Shown here: one piece after another, positions 1 through 11,139 of the stretch
Numbering within the stretch: position 1 is the stretch's first letter
How the letters are laid out: each line of letters begins with the position of its first letter
Assembly: GCA_016196555.1 (NCBI GenBank)
Contig: JACPXL010000074.1
Span: 1 to 60,390 of the forward strand
Reading direction: 5' to 3'
DNA: 60,390 nucleotides
From: Candidatus Omnitrophota bacterium
GTDB taxonomy: Bacteria; Omnitrophota; Omnitrophia; Omnitrophales; Aquincolibacteriaceae
Notes under the pieces: generated by a model
Databases searched by the model: none
Told to the model about the DNA's origin: nothing
What the model saw: the letters and a program-made list of their open reading frames with translations, nothing else
Made by a program: the position numbers and the translations under genes

Positions 1-252
1 CAGCCGGGCATCCTGCTTGATGAATTTGAGATTTTCGACTTTCCTTTTAAGGGATTTTTCTCTTCCGATCTTCATCCATTTTTCAACCCGGTCAATTCCG
101 AGAAAATTAATTTCAGGATATTCCGGGGCCTTGGCCACTAAGAACTTCCCCTTTCCGCATCCGATTTCAATTTCCACCGGATTCGAATTTCCGAAGAGTT
201 CATAGAGATCAATTTTTTCAACCGCGGGAGCGGAAATGATCGAAGTATTCAT
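1..252 (-). CDS. trmB: tRNA (guanine-N7)-methyltransferase, N-terminal part (runs off window start)
   Basis: Manual translation gives MNTSIISAPAVEKIDLYELFGNSNPVEIEIGCGKGKFLV...PEINFLGID, with the TrmB EIGCGKG motif. ATG overlaps the upstream stop (ATGA). Confidence 0.85.
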   Translation of the reverse strand, partial: MNTSIISAPAVEKIDLYELFGNSNPVEIEIGCGKGKFLVAKAPEYPEINFLGIDRVEKWMKIGREKSLKRKVENLKFIKQDARL

Positions 253-1307
253 GATTTTAAAAGGACCAGGGTTTCCAGATGTTTTGTTTTCGGAAAGAAA
301 TCAAAAGGGACTATTTTTTCGATTTTCCATCCTGCTTGGGTAAAAAGCAAGAGGTCGCGCAAAAGCGAATCGGGATGACAGGAAAGATAAAGCAGTTCAT
401 GAATTTTTTTGGCTTTCGTCAGCATCGCAATCGCTTCAGGACTGAGGCCGCGGCGAGGCGGATCAATCATGGCGATCACACGTTCCGCACTGGCCGCTTC
501 AAGCAAAACCGGAAAAAGCTCTTCCACTTTTCCAGCGTGAATGCAGGCTTCATCCAGACCGTGATACGCGGCGTTATGACGCACCAAGCTGATTGAAGCA
601 GGCGCTTCTTCCATCATGGCGATTTTGCCGGTTTGATCCGAGAAATAAATTCCGAAAAGCCCCACGCCCGCATAAAGATCGATAAAAAAAGTTTCGCGGT
701 CAAACCGGACCAGATTTTGAATCTCTTCCATTAAAAGAGGCAGAATGGATAAATTCGCCTGAAAAAAAGTGTCGAGTGAATAAAAAATCCTTTTGCCGTG
801 AATTTCCGTCCAAAGATAATCTTCGGGTTTCAAAAGGAGCGATCGCCGGCCTATCCCTCCCCACAGCGTTCTTCCATCCTGCGAAGTTTTGACCACAAGA
901 TTGGCGGTACCATAATTTTCCGGCATTTTTTCAACCGCCGTTTTTTTAAGTTCTGGGATGAATTCGGAAATTTCCCGGCGGGCAATCGAGCAAGATTCGA
1001 TATCAATGACTTGATGACTTGAAGACGGCTGAAACCCCATGAGAAAACCGTCTTTTCTGCGCCTGAGCGTCAAATCGAGACGGCTGCGGTAAAAATAAGG
1101 CTGAGGCGAAGCTACGATTGGTTTAAAAATATTGTCTCCGGCCTCCAGCCCTTTGGTCATTAATTCGCGCAGCTGCGATTCTTTTTTCTGAAGTTCTTCT
1201 TCATAGGAAATGTCCTGATAAGCACAGCCTCCGCAAATACCAAAAACCGGGCAAAGCGGTTTGACTCTCTCAACCGGGATTGAATGGGTAAGGGTTATGG
1301 ATTCCAT
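249..1307 (-). CDS. RlmD/TrmA-family RNA m5U methyltransferase (no TRAM domain)
   Basis: CPVFGICGGC Fe-S motif, FFQAN, DLYAGVG, DPPRRG, YLSC, DFFPKTKHLE. Confidence 0.9.
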   Translation of the reverse strand: MESITLTHSIPVERVKPLCPVFGICGGCAYQDISYEEELQKKESQLRELMTKGLEAGDNIFKPIVASPQPYFYRSRLDLTLRRRKDGFLMGFQPSSSHQVIDIESCSIARREISEFIPELKKTAVEKMPENYGTANLVVKTSQDGRTLWGGIGRRSLLLKPEDYLWTEIHGKRIFYSLDTFFQANLSILPLLMEEIQNLVRFDRETFFIDLYAGVGLFGIYFSDQTGKIAMMEEAPASISLVRHNAAYHGLDEACIHAGKVEELFPVLLEAASAERVIAMIDPPRRGLSPEAIAMLTKAKKIHELLYLSCHPDSLLRDLLLFTQAGWKIEKIVPFDFFPKTKHLETLVLLKS

Positions 1308-1379
1308 AGTTTTGGACAGCGGCTTTCAGTATCCTGGGAATTGGACAATGGGTCAAGAAAAATGCTAAACTCCGGCGCT

Positions 1380-1757
1380 ATGCAAGACAAAATCTTTCTT
1401 GAGGCCCTTGAGGTCCGATGCATCATCGGAATTTTTGACTGGGAAAGAAAGATTCGTCAAAAAGTTTTAATCGATCTTGAAATTCCGGCCGATATCCGCC
1501 GCGCCGCTAAAACCGACAGAATCCAAGATGCCCTGGATTACAAACGCATTGCCAAACACACCCTGCAATTTGTTTCAAAAAGCCGTTTTCAATTGATTGA
1601 AACCTTGGCGGAAAAACTCGCTGAGTCTCTCCTCGCTCATTTCCGAATCCCGGAAATCAAACTGCGCATTTCAAAACCGGGCGCGATCCGGGGCTCCAAA
1701 AACGTAGGTATTGAGATTATCCGGAAGCGCTTATCCCTTTCAAAAGCCGGAAAATGA
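1380..1757 (+). CDS. folB: dihydroneopterin aldolase
   Basis: MQDKIFLEALE..IIGIFDWER..Q, LDY, LIETLAE, KPGA. Start moved to the ATG at 1380. Confidence 0.93.
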   Translation: MQDKIFLEALEVRCIIGIFDWERKIRQKVLIDLEIPADIRRAAKTDRIQDALDYKRIAKHTLQFVSKSRFQLIETLAEKLAESLLAHFRIPEIKLRISKPGAIRGSKNVGIEIIRKRLSLSKAGK

Positions 1758-2224
1758 TTTATTTTCTAAGTCTTGGCTCGAACATCGACCCGCAAAAAAA
1801 TATTCCTGCCTCAGTGGCTTTTTTGAGAAAAAAATTCCGGGTCCTCGCAGTTTCCTCAGTTTACGAAACGGAGCCGGTAGGGACCGCCTCGAGCGGCAAA
1901 TTTTGGAATTTAGCCGTTCAATTCGATTCTGATTTAGAGGAAGATGTTTTGGCCGTCATTCTCCGGCAAATGGAAGAAATGCTCGGCCGCCGGCGCAGCA
2001 TTTCGGACAAATTCGCGCCGCGCACAATCGATATGGATTTACTGCCGCAGCCGGATTACCAACATCAGGCCTTCATTATGGTCCCGCTGGCCGAGATTGC
2101 TCCGCAGGAAAAAGATCCCGAAACCGGAAAAACTTTTGAGCAATTAGCGGAGGTTTTACGGAAAAAAGAAGCGGGGAAATTCCGGAAAATCGAAACGGTT
2201 AAAGAGCAAAAGCCGCATATTTAG
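1754..2224 (+). CDS. folK: 2-amino-4-hydroxy-6-hydroxymethyldihydropteridine diphosphokinase
   Basis: LSLGSN, SSVYETEP, PRTIDMDLL; coupled to folB. Confidence 0.92.
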   Translation: MIYFLSLGSNIDPQKNIPASVAFLRKKFRVLAVSSVYETEPVGTASSGKFWNLAVQFDSDLEEDVLAVILRQMEEMLGRRRSISDKFAPRTIDMDLLPQPDYQHQAFIMVPLAEIAPQEKDPETGKTFEQLAEVLRKKEAGKFRKIETVKEQKPHI

Positions 2225-2504
2225 CATAAGGAGCGGCACCGCGCGCAACATCGGCCCCTCCGGAAATGGCTCCGGTAACTGCTTGAAAAGCCCCCCCGAT
2301 GACTCCCGTCACAATCCCAAAAGGAAAAGAAGTGGCTGAGCCTTGAATAATAGTGGCAGGAACGCGTATGACCGTCGCCAAAAGTTTAGCAATGCCTCTA
2401 AAAATAAGGCCGACATTGTCCTGCGCATAGGCCGTATGAGAACAGAAAAGGCAAAGCGAAATGAGAAAAACAAGAATCGTTTTTGAACGCTTTTTATTCG
2501 ACAC
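2199..2504 (-). CDS. small exported, Gly-rich hydrophobic protein (loosely TIGR04073-like)
   Basis: Signal peptide (AYA-Q), GTG start with GAGGGG RBS, RGIAKL...VP motif. Confidence 0.6.
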   Translation of the reverse strand: MSNKKRSKTILVFLISLCLFCSHTAYAQDNVGLIFRGIAKLLATVIRVPATIIQGSATSFPFGIVTGVIGGAFQAVTGAISGGADVARGAAPYAKYAAFAL

Positions 2505-2639
2505 GAATCCCCTCTTTCCTTTCAGCGGTTCTAATGGATTAACGGCATTTGCTAGTCAATGCTTGCGCCTTTTATTTCTTAGCGTTTTGTTCTCTTTTTT
2601 TGTTTGCACTTTTCCAAAATTCGGATACCATAACCCCCC

Positions 2640-3599
2640 ATGAAAAACATTCTCGTGACCGGAGGGGCCGGCTTCATCGGTTCCAACCTTTTGCTGGAAC
2701 TCCAGAACCGTTTTCCCAAAGCCAATTTGATTGCGCTGGATGATTTCCGAAGCGCAAGTTTTAAAAATCTCGCAGGCTACGGAGGAGATTTTATTGCCGC
2801 CAATGTGGCGGAAACCGACTGGCTCAAATCCTTCAAAAATCGCCCTCTCGATATTATTTTCCACCTCGCCTCTATTACGGACACGACGGTACTCGATGAA
2901 AAAAAGATGATGTTCGATAATGTCGAGGGATTCCGCAATATTCTCGATTTGGCCGTGGAAAAGAAATCAGTCCTTATTTATGCTTCTTCTGCCGCGGTTT
3001 ACGGCAGTCAGAATATGCCCATGAAAGAGGAGCATGGCGGCCGTCCCAATAATATTTACGGATTTTCAAAATGGGTGATGGAAAATCTCGCCAAAACCTA
3101 CGAAGGAAAAATTCCGCGAATTATCGGTCTGCGCTATTTTAATGTTTTCGGCCCGAGAGAATCTTTCAAGGGCGCCGCAGCCAGCATGATTTATCAGCTC
3201 GCCCATCAAATGATGGCCGGCAAAAGGCCGCGCGTTTTCAAATACGGCGAACAAAAACGGGATTTTGTTTATGTGAAGGATGTCGTAGCCCTTACTCTTC
3301 AAGCGCTTGAAGCGAAGGAAAATACCGTGGTTAATTCCGGAAGCGGCGGGTCCACTTCTTTCAACGAAGTCATTGATATTTTAAATGAGGCACTCGGAAC
3401 TAATCTCGAGCCCGAATATTTCGACAATCCGTTTGATTTTTATCAGAATTTCACCCAGGCCGATATGAGCTATACCGCTAAGGCCCTAGGGTTCAAACCC
3501 AAATATTCCACCCGCGACGGCATTATTGATTATGTTCAGAATTATCTTCTCAAAGACCAGAAGTCTAAAGCGGAGACTGCGTCTTTTCGTTCAATTTAA
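2640..3599 (+). CDS. hldD: ADP-L-glycero-D-manno-heptose 6-epimerase
   Basis: [47 protein letters not shown]. Confidence 0.85.
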   Translation: MKNILVTGGAGFIGSNLLLELQNRFPKANLIALDDFRSASFKNLAGYGGDFIAANVAETDWLKSFKNRPLDIIFHLASITDTTVLDEKKMMFDNVEGFRNILDLAVEKKSVLIYASSAAVYGSQNMPMKEEHGGRPNNIYGFSKWVMENLAKTYEGKIPRIIGLRYFNVFGPRESFKGAAASMIYQLAHQMMAGKRPRVFKYGEQKRDFVYVKDVVALTLQALEAKENTVVNSGSGGSTSFNEVIDILNEALGTNLEPEYFDNPFDFYQNFTQADMSYTAKALGFKPKYSTRDGIIDYVQNYLLKDQKSKAETASFRSI

Positions 3600-5904
3600 A
3601 TTGAATGGGAAGACGGAAAGCAAACCGGCTTCCTTTCCCAAGTTCACTTTCGACCCAAATTTTCCCGCTATGAAGCTCCACGATTTCCCGGGCAATGGCC
3701 AATCCCAATCCTGTACTTGAAACACCCGCCGGCTGAAGTAAACTGACCTGAACAAATTTATCGAAAATCTTTTTTTGATCCTCAGGACTGATCCCGATGC
3801 CCGTATCGCGGACTGCAATTTCCACCGCGCCGGCCGGCCCCATGGAAGCATCCGCAATCGGTCCCTCGATTTCCACGGTAAGAGTTCCGCCGTCCGGCGT
3901 GAATTTCACCGCATTGCCCATAAAATTTGTCAGCACTTGAGTGATCATATCTGGATCAACTTCTGCTTCTAAGAGAGTTTCCGGAAAACGGGTTTCCACT
4001 TTTAATTTTTTATCTTTGATCCAAGTTTCCATCGTGGAAATCACATGGCGGACAAGTTCCCGGACAGGGACTTTTTTGGAATGAGGCGTCATTTTCCCGG
4101 CTTCCAGTTTAGAAATATCCAGAAGATCGTTGATTAATCGGGAAAGACGGTCGATATTCCGGTTGGCAATATTCAAGAATTTTTCCTGCTCCGGATTGAC
4201 CTCCCCCACGTCTTTGGCCAAAATCAGAGCAAGGGATTTTTGAATGGCGACAAGCGGCGTGCGAAGTTCGTGTGAAACGTTAGAGACAAATTTTGTTTTG
4301 AGTTCAGAAAGTTCTTTTTCGCGCGTCACATCGCTTAAAACCGAAACCATTCCTACCGTATGCCCGTCTTCATTTTCAATCACGGCCGTGCTGGCCTGAA
4401 GCACCCTTTTGGTTTCGTCATTTAAACTCAGAAGCTCCACATGTTTGGATGTATCGTGGACATCGCGAAGATTTCCTGCAGTCATGGCCACCATATGTTC
4501 AGTTCCAATCCCGTCGGTCACATGTTTTCCTTTTTTTTCCGCCTGCTTGACTCCGAGCAGACGTTCCGCGGCAGGATTCATTAAAATAACTTTTCCATTT
4601 TTATCCACCACCAGAAGCCCTTCGGCCAAATTGCGGATGACGCTGTCCACTCTTTCCTTTTCATCTTTAAGGCGTTTATTTTCCCGCTTCAGCACCATGA
4701 CGTCTCCACCGCCGCCCAACCCTTTATCAAATTGCTCGGCCTTGCGGCGAAGCTCCTGGAGTTCTTCAGCTCCAATCGTGACCCGGCTTTTTTTATGAAC
4801 CGCCACCTCTTCTACTTGTTCAAAAAGCGTATTCACTTTTTGACCTTCAAGGCCGGCTTCGGTCAAACCCGTTTTAATTCCCGGCGTCACCCGGCGGCGA
4901 ACCGCGGGGTCTTTTAATAATTTTCCGGCCATTTTCTGAAGCTTTTTAAAATCATCCGGATAATCGCGATGGGTTTTGACAAGCATTTTCACCCGGAGCT
5001 TATCTGTTCCTTCTTCAAAAATTTTGGGGATTTTATTTTTAAGAATTTCAAATTCTTCGCCTTCGCCAAGCTTTTCAAGCGCTTTTTGAAGTTCTTTGGA
5101 AAATTTTTCCATCGCACGGGTAATGTCTTTGCCTTGCGCCACCAAAAAGGAAATAAGGCTTTCAATAAGGAAATTGACGATTTTGCGTATGACCTGTTCG
5201 AGCTGGTCCGCGTCTTTTGCGCTTTCAAGCATCAGCTGGGCCGCCTCATGCGGTTTTTTTTCAAGTTGAATAATGATTTTTTCTGAATCGAGCTCTACGG
5301 CCGGAATGGCTTCTCCGGAACCTTTTTTTTCTTCCCGCATTTTTTGAATGACTTCCGAAATACTCACCAGCGGTTTTCCTGCTCCGCCGCCGGAACCTCC
5401 TCCTCCATGGCCCGGCCGCTCTCCTTCTTTTAATTCCGGCCCTTCCTGTGCAACAACAACTTGCCCGTCTTCAACCAGTTTGAATTTTCCCGTCAGCATT
5501 CGAATATGCTTAAATCCCTTCATTTCAAAGGCCTTGAGAAATCCCCCGCGCTCTTGAAGAACTTTGGGGCGCTGGGACATCAAAATCATAAACTCCGTGA
5601 TCTCTTTTAAATCCAGTCCTTTGACAAAAGTAATTCCTTCGATTTCCATTCGCTCGAGTTCTCGCGCCAGGTCCTGGGTCGCAGTTTCTTTTTCACTGAC
5701 GAGCTGGCCATCAAGAAGAAGTCGGTGGCGCATAGTCCCTAAAGTCACTTTTTCTTTTTTTTCGAAAAATTTACCCACTTCGTTCATCAGCGCGTTTAGA
5801 CTTTGCTGGGCAATGGGGTGTCTTTCCGAATAAAGACGGAATTGTTTCAGCGTGTAGGTGAAGGATTTAATGAAAGGTAAATGTTCCGAGGAGATTTCTT
5901 TCAT
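3565..5904 (-). CDS. soluble PAS-domain sensor histidine kinase with a long N-terminal region
   Basis: PAS ([10 protein letters not shown]), H-box SHELRTPL, N-box NAVKFT, G boxes DTGIGI and TGLGL. Confidence 0.92.
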   Translation of the reverse strand: MKEISSEHLPFIKSFTYTLKQFRLYSERHPIAQQSLNALMNEVGKFFEKKEKVTLGTMRHRLLLDGQLVSEKETATQDLARELERMEIEGITFVKGLDLKEITEFMILMSQRPKVLQERGGFLKAFEMKGFKHIRMLTGKFKLVEDGQVVVAQEGPELKEGERPGHGGGGSGGGAGKPLVSISEVIQKMREEKKGSGEAIPAVELDSEKIIIQLEKKPHEAAQLMLESAKDADQLEQVIRKIVNFLIESLISFLVAQGKDITRAMEKFSKELQKALEKLGEGEEFEILKNKIPKIFEEGTDKLRVKMLVKTHRDYPDDFKKLQKMAGKLLKDPAVRRRVTPGIKTGLTEAGLEGQKVNTLFEQVEEVAVHKKSRVTIGAEELQELRRKAEQFDKGLGGGGDVMVLKRENKRLKDEKERVDSVIRNLAEGLLVVDKNGKVILMNPAAERLLGVKQAEKKGKHVTDGIGTEHMVAMTAGNLRDVHDTSKHVELLSLNDETKRVLQASTAVIENEDGHTVGMVSVLSDVTREKELSELKTKFVSNVSHELRTPLVAIQKSLALILAKDVGEVNPEQEKFLNIANRNIDRLSRLINDLLDISKLEAGKMTPHSKKVPVRELVRHVISTMETWIKDKKLKVETRFPETLLEAEVDPDMITQVLTNFMGNAVKFTPDGGTLTVEIEGPIADASMGPAGAVEIAVRDTGIGISPEDQKKIFDKFVQVSLLQPAGVSSTGLGLAIAREIVELHSGKIWVESELGKGSRFAFRLPIQFKLNEKTQSPL

Positions 5905-5940
5905 AAATTCGGGATCAAAAAATCAGCCGCCGGTTCGAGG

Positions 5941-6321
5941 TCAGGTTGGAGACGGACGTTTGAGGTTTTTTTCAATGCTAATAAGAAGAGATTCCATGTT
6001 GACCGATTTGACCACATAATCCTGGACGCCCTCCAGTTGAAACATGTCCTTCATGGGTTCGTAAGAAGTCAAAACAATCAACGGAATATGTTTCGTCTCG
6101 GAATCTTTTTTGAGCCGGCGCACAAAAGTATAGCCGTCCATTTTGGGCATTTTGATATCCAAAATGATCAGGGCAGGTTTATAGGTTTTGAGTTTCTCAA
6201 GTCCATCTTCGCCGTTGGCGGCGGTCGTCACTTCATAACCGTGTTTTTTGAGGTCAAATTCCAGGATTTGGATGAAATCAAGATCGTCATCCACCAGCAA
6301 AATCTTTTTTTCCCCCATCAC
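5941..6321 (-). CDS. single-domain response regulator
   Basis: LLVDDD, LDIKMPKMDG, LTS, VK. Confidence 0.92.
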   Translation of the reverse strand: MMGEKKILLVDDDLDFIQILEFDLKKHGYEVTTAANGEDGLEKLKTYKPALIILDIKMPKMDGYTFVRRLKKDSETKHIPLIVLTSYEPMKDMFQLEGVQDYVVKSVNMESLLISIEKNLKRPSPT

Positions 6322-6428
6322 TTCCTCCTTTATCTTCCACTCTTTTATCGTCTAAGCCGGAGGATAACTAAAACCTACCCTTTAAAAACTCCTTTGTCAA
6401 AAACCAATAAATCATTACACTAATGGCC

Positions 6429-7481
6429 ATGACACGCGAGCAATTTATCGGCCTTTTCTTTATCGCCCTTCTGGTCTTTGTGGTCTATCAGATCTTCCTT
6501 ATTTTTGCCCCCTTCATACAAAGCATTTTCTGGGCGGCTATCCTCGCATTCGGCTTTTATCCGGTTTACGAATACCTCAAGAAGCGCTTCAATATCCATG
6601 AAACCCTCGCCGCCATTCTCCTGACGGCCTTTATTTTTATGATTATCGTCCCTCCTCTTGTCCTGTTAATCGTAAGTGTTACAAGCCAAGCTATCGAACT
6701 TTATCAATCTACTTCTAACTACATCCGTGATGGGCATCTTGAGAAAGCGCTCGATCAGCTCCGCGCCTGGGGACCGGTGCAAAAAATTGAGTCCGACGTC
6801 TCCCAATGGGAACCCCTTAAAAAGACTTTGACCGCCTGGGTCTTAAATTCTTCCAAAACACTGGTCAATTCGACCGTCAATCAGGTCGGCGTGATTACCA
6901 AAAATATCTTCTTTATCGCCTTGAATATTTTTATGACCACTTTTCTGATTTTCATCTTCCTGAAGGACGGCATGCAAATTTACAATTTTATTTACCGCAT
7001 TGCCCCGCTTGAGGAAAAAAACAAAAAATCAATTTTCCGGCAGGTCAATGACACTTTTTCAGCCGTCATTCGCGGACAGATCCTGACCAGTCTTGCGCAG
7101 GCCACGGTGGCAGGTTTTATTTACTGGGTCCTGGGCATTCCTGCTCCTGTTTTTTTCGCTGCCGCAACATTTCTTGCCACTTTAATCCCGGTTGTCGGCG
7201 CCGCAAATGTCTGGCTGCCGCTTGTGATTTATCTTTTAACGCTTGAACAGTATATAAAGGCCGCTGTCCTGGCCGTGCTTGGCTTTTTGGTCATCAGCTT
7301 GATTGACAATATTATGAAGCCGGCACTTATTGGAGAAAAAACCAAGCTTCCTTATTTTCTCCTCTTCTTCGGAATTTTAGGCGGGCTTCATGTTTATGGT
7401 CTGATGGGTGTCTTCCTCGCCCCTGTCATCCTTTCCCTTTTCTTCGTCTTAGTCAAAATTTATCAGGAAAAGTTCCTATAA
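6429..7481 (+). CDS. AI-2E family transporter
   Basis: Multi-TM; LIPVVGA, IDNIMKP, FGILGGL..YGLMGVFLAP. Confidence 0.9.
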   Translation: MTREQFIGLFFIALLVFVVYQIFLIFAPFIQSIFWAAILAFGFYPVYEYLKKRFNIHETLAAILLTAFIFMIIVPPLVLLIVSVTSQAIELYQSTSNYIRDGHLEKALDQLRAWGPVQKIESDVSQWEPLKKTLTAWVLNSSKTLVNSTVNQVGVITKNIFFIALNIFMTTFLIFIFLKDGMQIYNFIYRIAPLEEKNKKSIFRQVNDTFSAVIRGQILTSLAQATVAGFIYWVLGIPAPVFFAAATFLATLIPVVGAANVWLPLVIYLLTLEQYIKAAVLAVLGFLVISLIDNIMKPALIGEKTKLPYFLLFFGILGGLHVYGLMGVFLAPVILSLFFVLVKIYQEKFL

Positions 7482-7567
7482 AAGCGAAAACTTTTTTCCA
7501 GACTTTCGGCCTTTTGACTTTTTTGTCCTGCATCCTTTTGACGGTGGAATACCTCAGCGCGTCCCTG

Positions 7568-7867
7568 ATGGGAATCAAACCATCCCCGGTTTACCGCGTT
7601 CTTCCCCTGACCGCAATTCCCCATTATGGAAAATCTCTGTTTGAATCAATGACGAATCGTGGGACGGGTCAGGAAACGAAATTTGAGAAAAGGAAATCAA
7701 AGGAAGAAATTACGCTTTATTTGAAAAATGGAGGCGAAATTACGGGCGAACTCTTATCTGAAGAAGGCGATTGGATTACGCTTGGAATCAGCGGCAGTGA
7801 AGCCGGTTTTCACGCCTCGGAAATTGCCCGCATGGTCCGGAAAGACCGGATGCCGGACGCAAAATAA
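7568..7867 (+). CDS. hypothetical protein
   Basis: ORF with LYLKNGGEITG small beta-domain-like motif; start uncertain. Confidence 0.5.
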   Translation: MGIKPSPVYRVLPLTAIPHYGKSLFESMTNRGTGQETKFEKRKSKEEITLYLKNGGEITGELLSEEGDWITLGISGSEAGFHASEIARMVRKDRMPDAK

Positions 7868-8433
7868 AATAAAATTGCGACACGCAGGACCATTCCCGCG
7901 ACCGAAAAATTCGCCGCAAGCTGCAAAATCGAATCCAGCGTAAAAAAGATCGTTCCCGCCGCCAAGGCCTGCTTTTGACGAAGAATCACTCTCACCGCAA
8001 AGAGAAAATAAATCAATGCCCCCAGGAGAAGAAGCATGCGGTCACGAAGGGCATCGAGATCGGGAACATAGACAGTCCCTACTACCGCAAAAATCAAATT
8101 CACGCCTCCCACAAAAAGCAGGGCGCAAGCGGCATCTTCCACGGCCGTATCGATTTTTTCATGATGAGTTTGAATTTCCATTTCCGGAGTAGTCGGCTGG
8201 CCGTCCACTTTGATAAGAAAAATTTCATGAAAGTAATCAAAAAGATTGTAATGAACCGTGATGATATGCTTCCCGCCGCTTCCAATTTCAAAAGAATGGT
8301 CGATCCTGAAGAAAAAAAGCTTTCTTAAAACCACTTTCCGGTCCACGGACACCGTCACAAAGCCCGTCAGCCAATTGAGATGAAAATCCAGCCGGTGCTT
8401 TTCGTCGATCCCTACGATATAAGCTTTATGCAT
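7810..8433 (-). CDS. hypothetical membrane protein
   Basis: N-terminal beta-rich region plus about 4 TM helices; overlaps the upstream gene stop. Confidence 0.65.
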   Translation of the reverse strand: MHKAYIVGIDEKHRLDFHLNWLTGFVTVSVDRKVVLRKLFFFRIDHSFEIGSGGKHIITVHYNLFDYFHEIFLIKVDGQPTTPEMEIQTHHEKIDTAVEDAACALLFVGGVNLIFAVVGTVYVPDLDALRDRMLLLLGALIYFLFAVRVILRQKQALAAGTIFFTLDSILQLAANFSVAGMVLRVAILFYFASGIRSFRTMRAISEA

Positions 8434-9307
8434 TCTGAACACCTCCGCCCGATACATTCAGGATAATCGCTTCCGGACGGCAGAGAAGTCTCAGGACTAC
8501 ATACCGCCCCGCTCCCATACCGCGGGAAATAGAACAAATTGCGCCCTGAACTTTTTTTATACCGCCCGCGTAGGAACGCCCCATCATGGTATGAGTAATA
8601 ATCGGTCCGACCACAGGAAACCTGATCTGTCCGCCATGAGAATGACCGGAAAAGGAAAGGTCGATTTCATTTTCTCCAATATCCAAAAAAACATCCACGG
8701 TGTGCGTTAAAAGAAGATTGATCTTATTGCGGTTGAAATTTTCCATGGCCTGGCGAATATTGGCGTGGGCCGTGGTAGCATCGTCCAGCCCGTGAATTAA
8801 AAGCGGTGTTCCAAAAAAATCCACTTCGACGGTTTTATTGCGAAGGACCTCGGCACCGATTTTTTTCAGCTCTTTCTGCAGTTTTGCCGCAGGATTGAGA
8901 TTTTTAGGGTGCGGCTGCCCGGGGAAATTATGCAGAAAGAAATCGAGCAGGGTGTAATTATAATAATCATGATTGCCAAAAACCACAAACATGCCGCTCG
9001 AAGGTTTTAATTTCCGTATATGCTCAATCGCAAAAGGAACCCCTTCTGGGCAATCGATAATGTCCCCGGTGATAAAAACGAAATCGATTTTTTCCCGGCT
9101 TAAACGGTCAAAAAAACGGGTAAGCGGCGGATTAGGTCCGGCAAAATGAATGTCCGAAAGATGCATAATCCGGATGGGACGGGCCAGTTTCTTGTGAATC
9201 GAAATATTGTGGCGGCTAATTTCATAAAATCGGGGTTCGCATAAAAACATCCAGAAAAGAAGGCCGGCAAAGAAAAACAGGGAAACTAAAAAAAGAGGAC
9301 TCATCAA
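8426..9307 (-). CDS. metallophosphoesterase (YkuE-like)
   Basis: SDIH, TGD, GNHD, SGHSHGGQ; N-terminal TM. Confidence 0.9.
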   Translation of the reverse strand: MMSPLFLVSLFFFAGLLFWMFLCEPRFYEISRHNISIHKKLARPIRIMHLSDIHFAGPNPPLTRFFDRLSREKIDFVFITGDIIDCPEGVPFAIEHIRKLKPSSGMFVVFGNHDYYNYTLLDFFLHNFPGQPHPKNLNPAAKLQKELKKIGAEVLRNKTVEVDFFGTPLLIHGLDDATTAHANIRQAMENFNRNKINLLLTHTVDVFLDIGENEIDLSFSGHSHGGQIRFPVVGPIITHTMMGRSYAGGIKKVQGAICSISRGMGAGRYVVLRLLCRPEAIILNVSGGGVQNA

Positions 9308-9319
9308 ACGTTTAAATCG

Positions 9320-10429
9320 TTAAGCGCCAAGGATTTTCCCGCTTCGGCCGTCCATTTGAATCCCCTTCATCATATTTTCGAGTTCCTGGGGCCGTGTGCT
9401 GGATTTCAAGGCTTCATCCGTAGAAATTTTTTCGTCTTTCCAAAGTTTAAAAATGGCGTCATCAAAAGTCTGCATGCCTTCCTGGGCACCGTTGCGCAGG
9501 GCCTGGGACATACGGTCGAACTTTTTTTCGCGCACAAGCTGTCGCGTGGTGTAATTACCCACCATGATTTCAAAAGCGGGTATCAGCGTCTTCCCGTCCT
9601 TACCCACGAGAAGTTTTTGCGTCGTAAAACAGGTAAGATTAAAACTTAAATAATTGAGAATTTGGTCCCGTTCGGCCGGAGGGAAAAATCCGAGCACGCG
9701 GTCAAAAATCTGAATCACGGATTGGGCGTGCACCGTGGCAATCACAAGACGGCCGACTTCAGCGGAGGCCAGCGCAAAATTGAAGGTCTCCGCGTCGCGC
9801 ATCTCACCAATTACCACCACATCGGGCGATTCACGCACGACATATTTCAGCGCGGAGTTGAAATCATTGGCATCGATCCCGATTTCTCTTTGATTGATGA
9901 GGCATTTTTTGTCTTCATGGAGATATTCCACCGGATCTTCAATAGTAATGATGTGGCGTTCCACGGTTTGATTCATCATATCAATCATGGCGCTGATGGT
10001 GGTGGTCTTGCCGGAAGCCACGGTGCCGGCGACAAGAATAATGCCGGAGCGCTCCAGAGCGATCTTCTTTAAGACCGGCGGAATATTTAACTCTTCAAAA
10101 CTCGGAATGGTTTTCCAAAGCGTGCGGATGACAAGCGAATAAGTCCCCTGTTGGAAAAAAATATTGGCGCGAAACCGCTGGGTGGAGCCGAACAGGGCGA
10201 AAGCAAAATCAACACTCCGGTTTTTTTCAAGCAGGACTGTTTGATGCGGGTTGAGAAGGGTTTTGACAATTTGCTCCGTGTCTTCTTCCTTCACGACGGG
10301 AAACGGCATTACGGCAACAACACCTCCCACCCTTGTCCTGGGGACTGAACCTACTTTAAGAAAGAGATCGAGTCCTTTCATTTCAAGGACTTTTCCCATC
10401 ACCTGGCTTAAATAGGTTTTTGCGTCCAT
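9320..10429 (-). CDS. PilT/PilU-family type IV pilus retraction ATPase
   Basis: Walker A GTVASGKTT, TIEDPVEY, QREIG, IGEMRD, GMQTFD. Confidence 0.92.
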   Translation of the reverse strand: MDAKTYLSQVMGKVLEMKGLDLFLKVGSVPRTRVGGVVAVMPFPVVKEEDTEQIVKTLLNPHQTVLLEKNRSVDFAFALFGSTQRFRANIFFQQGTYSLVIRTLWKTIPSFEELNIPPVLKKIALERSGIILVAGTVASGKTTTISAMIDMMNQTVERHIITIEDPVEYLHEDKKCLINQREIGIDANDFNSALKYVVRESPDVVVIGEMRDAETFNFALASAEVGRLVIATVHAQSVIQIFDRVLGFFPPAERDQILNYLSFNLTCFTTQKLLVGKDGKTLIPAFEIMVGNYTTRQLVREKKFDRMSQALRNGAQEGMQTFDDAIFKLWKDEKISTDEALKSSTRPQELENMMKGIQMDGRSGKILGA

Positions 10430-10433
10430 ACCG

Positions 10434-10760
10434 CTATTTTTTTTCGAAGGCGTCTTTTAAAATTTTTTCCAGTTCGCCGGAATCGCGCAATTCGTGCATG
10501 ATGTCGCAGCCGCCTATTAGTTTTCCGTCCACAAAAATCTGAGGAAATGTCGGCCACTGGGAATATTCCGGAAGCGCCGCACGAATATCCGGATTGGCCA
10601 AAATATCGATGGCCTTGAACTTATAAGGAAAGTTTTTCAAAATCCCTACCGTGGCTGCGGAAAATCCGCACTGCGGGGCGTCGGGCGTTCCTTTCATGAA
10701 AACAATGATTTTATTGCCTTCGATTTCTGATTTGATGCGGTTGATTACGTCTTGCGACAT
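10434..10760 (-). CDS. grxD: monothiol glutaredoxin Grx4
   Basis: KGTPDAPQCGFS, WPTFPQ, GGCDI. Confidence 0.95.
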   Translation of the reverse strand: MSQDVINRIKSEIEGNKIIVFMKGTPDAPQCGFSAATVGILKNFPYKFKAIDILANPDIRAALPEYSQWPTFPQIFVDGKLIGGCDIMHELRDSGELEKILKDAFEKK

Positions 10761-10777
10761 AGATTCCTCCTTCGAAT

Positions 10778-11023
10778 TTATTTAGAAATTTGTTCCGGAG
10801 TCAAAGTCTTTATTTTAAGGGCATGAATTCGTCCATCTTCGAGCGGTCCCTGCAGGGCCTGATTGACGATTCGATGCTGTTCGATCAAACCTTTCCCACG
10901 GAAATCCTGCCACACCACCCGCACCTCAAAATGGTCGTTTGTTCCCGTCAAATCGACGGCGGAAGCCAGCGCCCCCGGGAGATTGCGCTGAATGATATTT
11001 TCAATTTCTTCTGGAGTAATCAT
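10778..11023 (-). CDS. BolA/IbaG family protein
   Basis: DHF..V, F.GK.LIEQHR.V, IHAL; adjacent to grxD. Confidence 0.92.
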   Translation of the reverse strand: MITPEEIENIIQRNLPGALASAVDLTGTNDHFEVRVVWQDFRGKGLIEQHRIVNQALQGPLEDGRIHALKIKTLTPEQISK

Positions 11024-11139
11024 AGGCGTCCTATCATAAGCAAAACCCTTAAAAATGCAATGCTTTAAACGCTGAGACAGCCGACTTGACATTCCGGATG
11101 ATTTTGACGATAACCCTAGTTGACTCGCGAGGTATTCGC

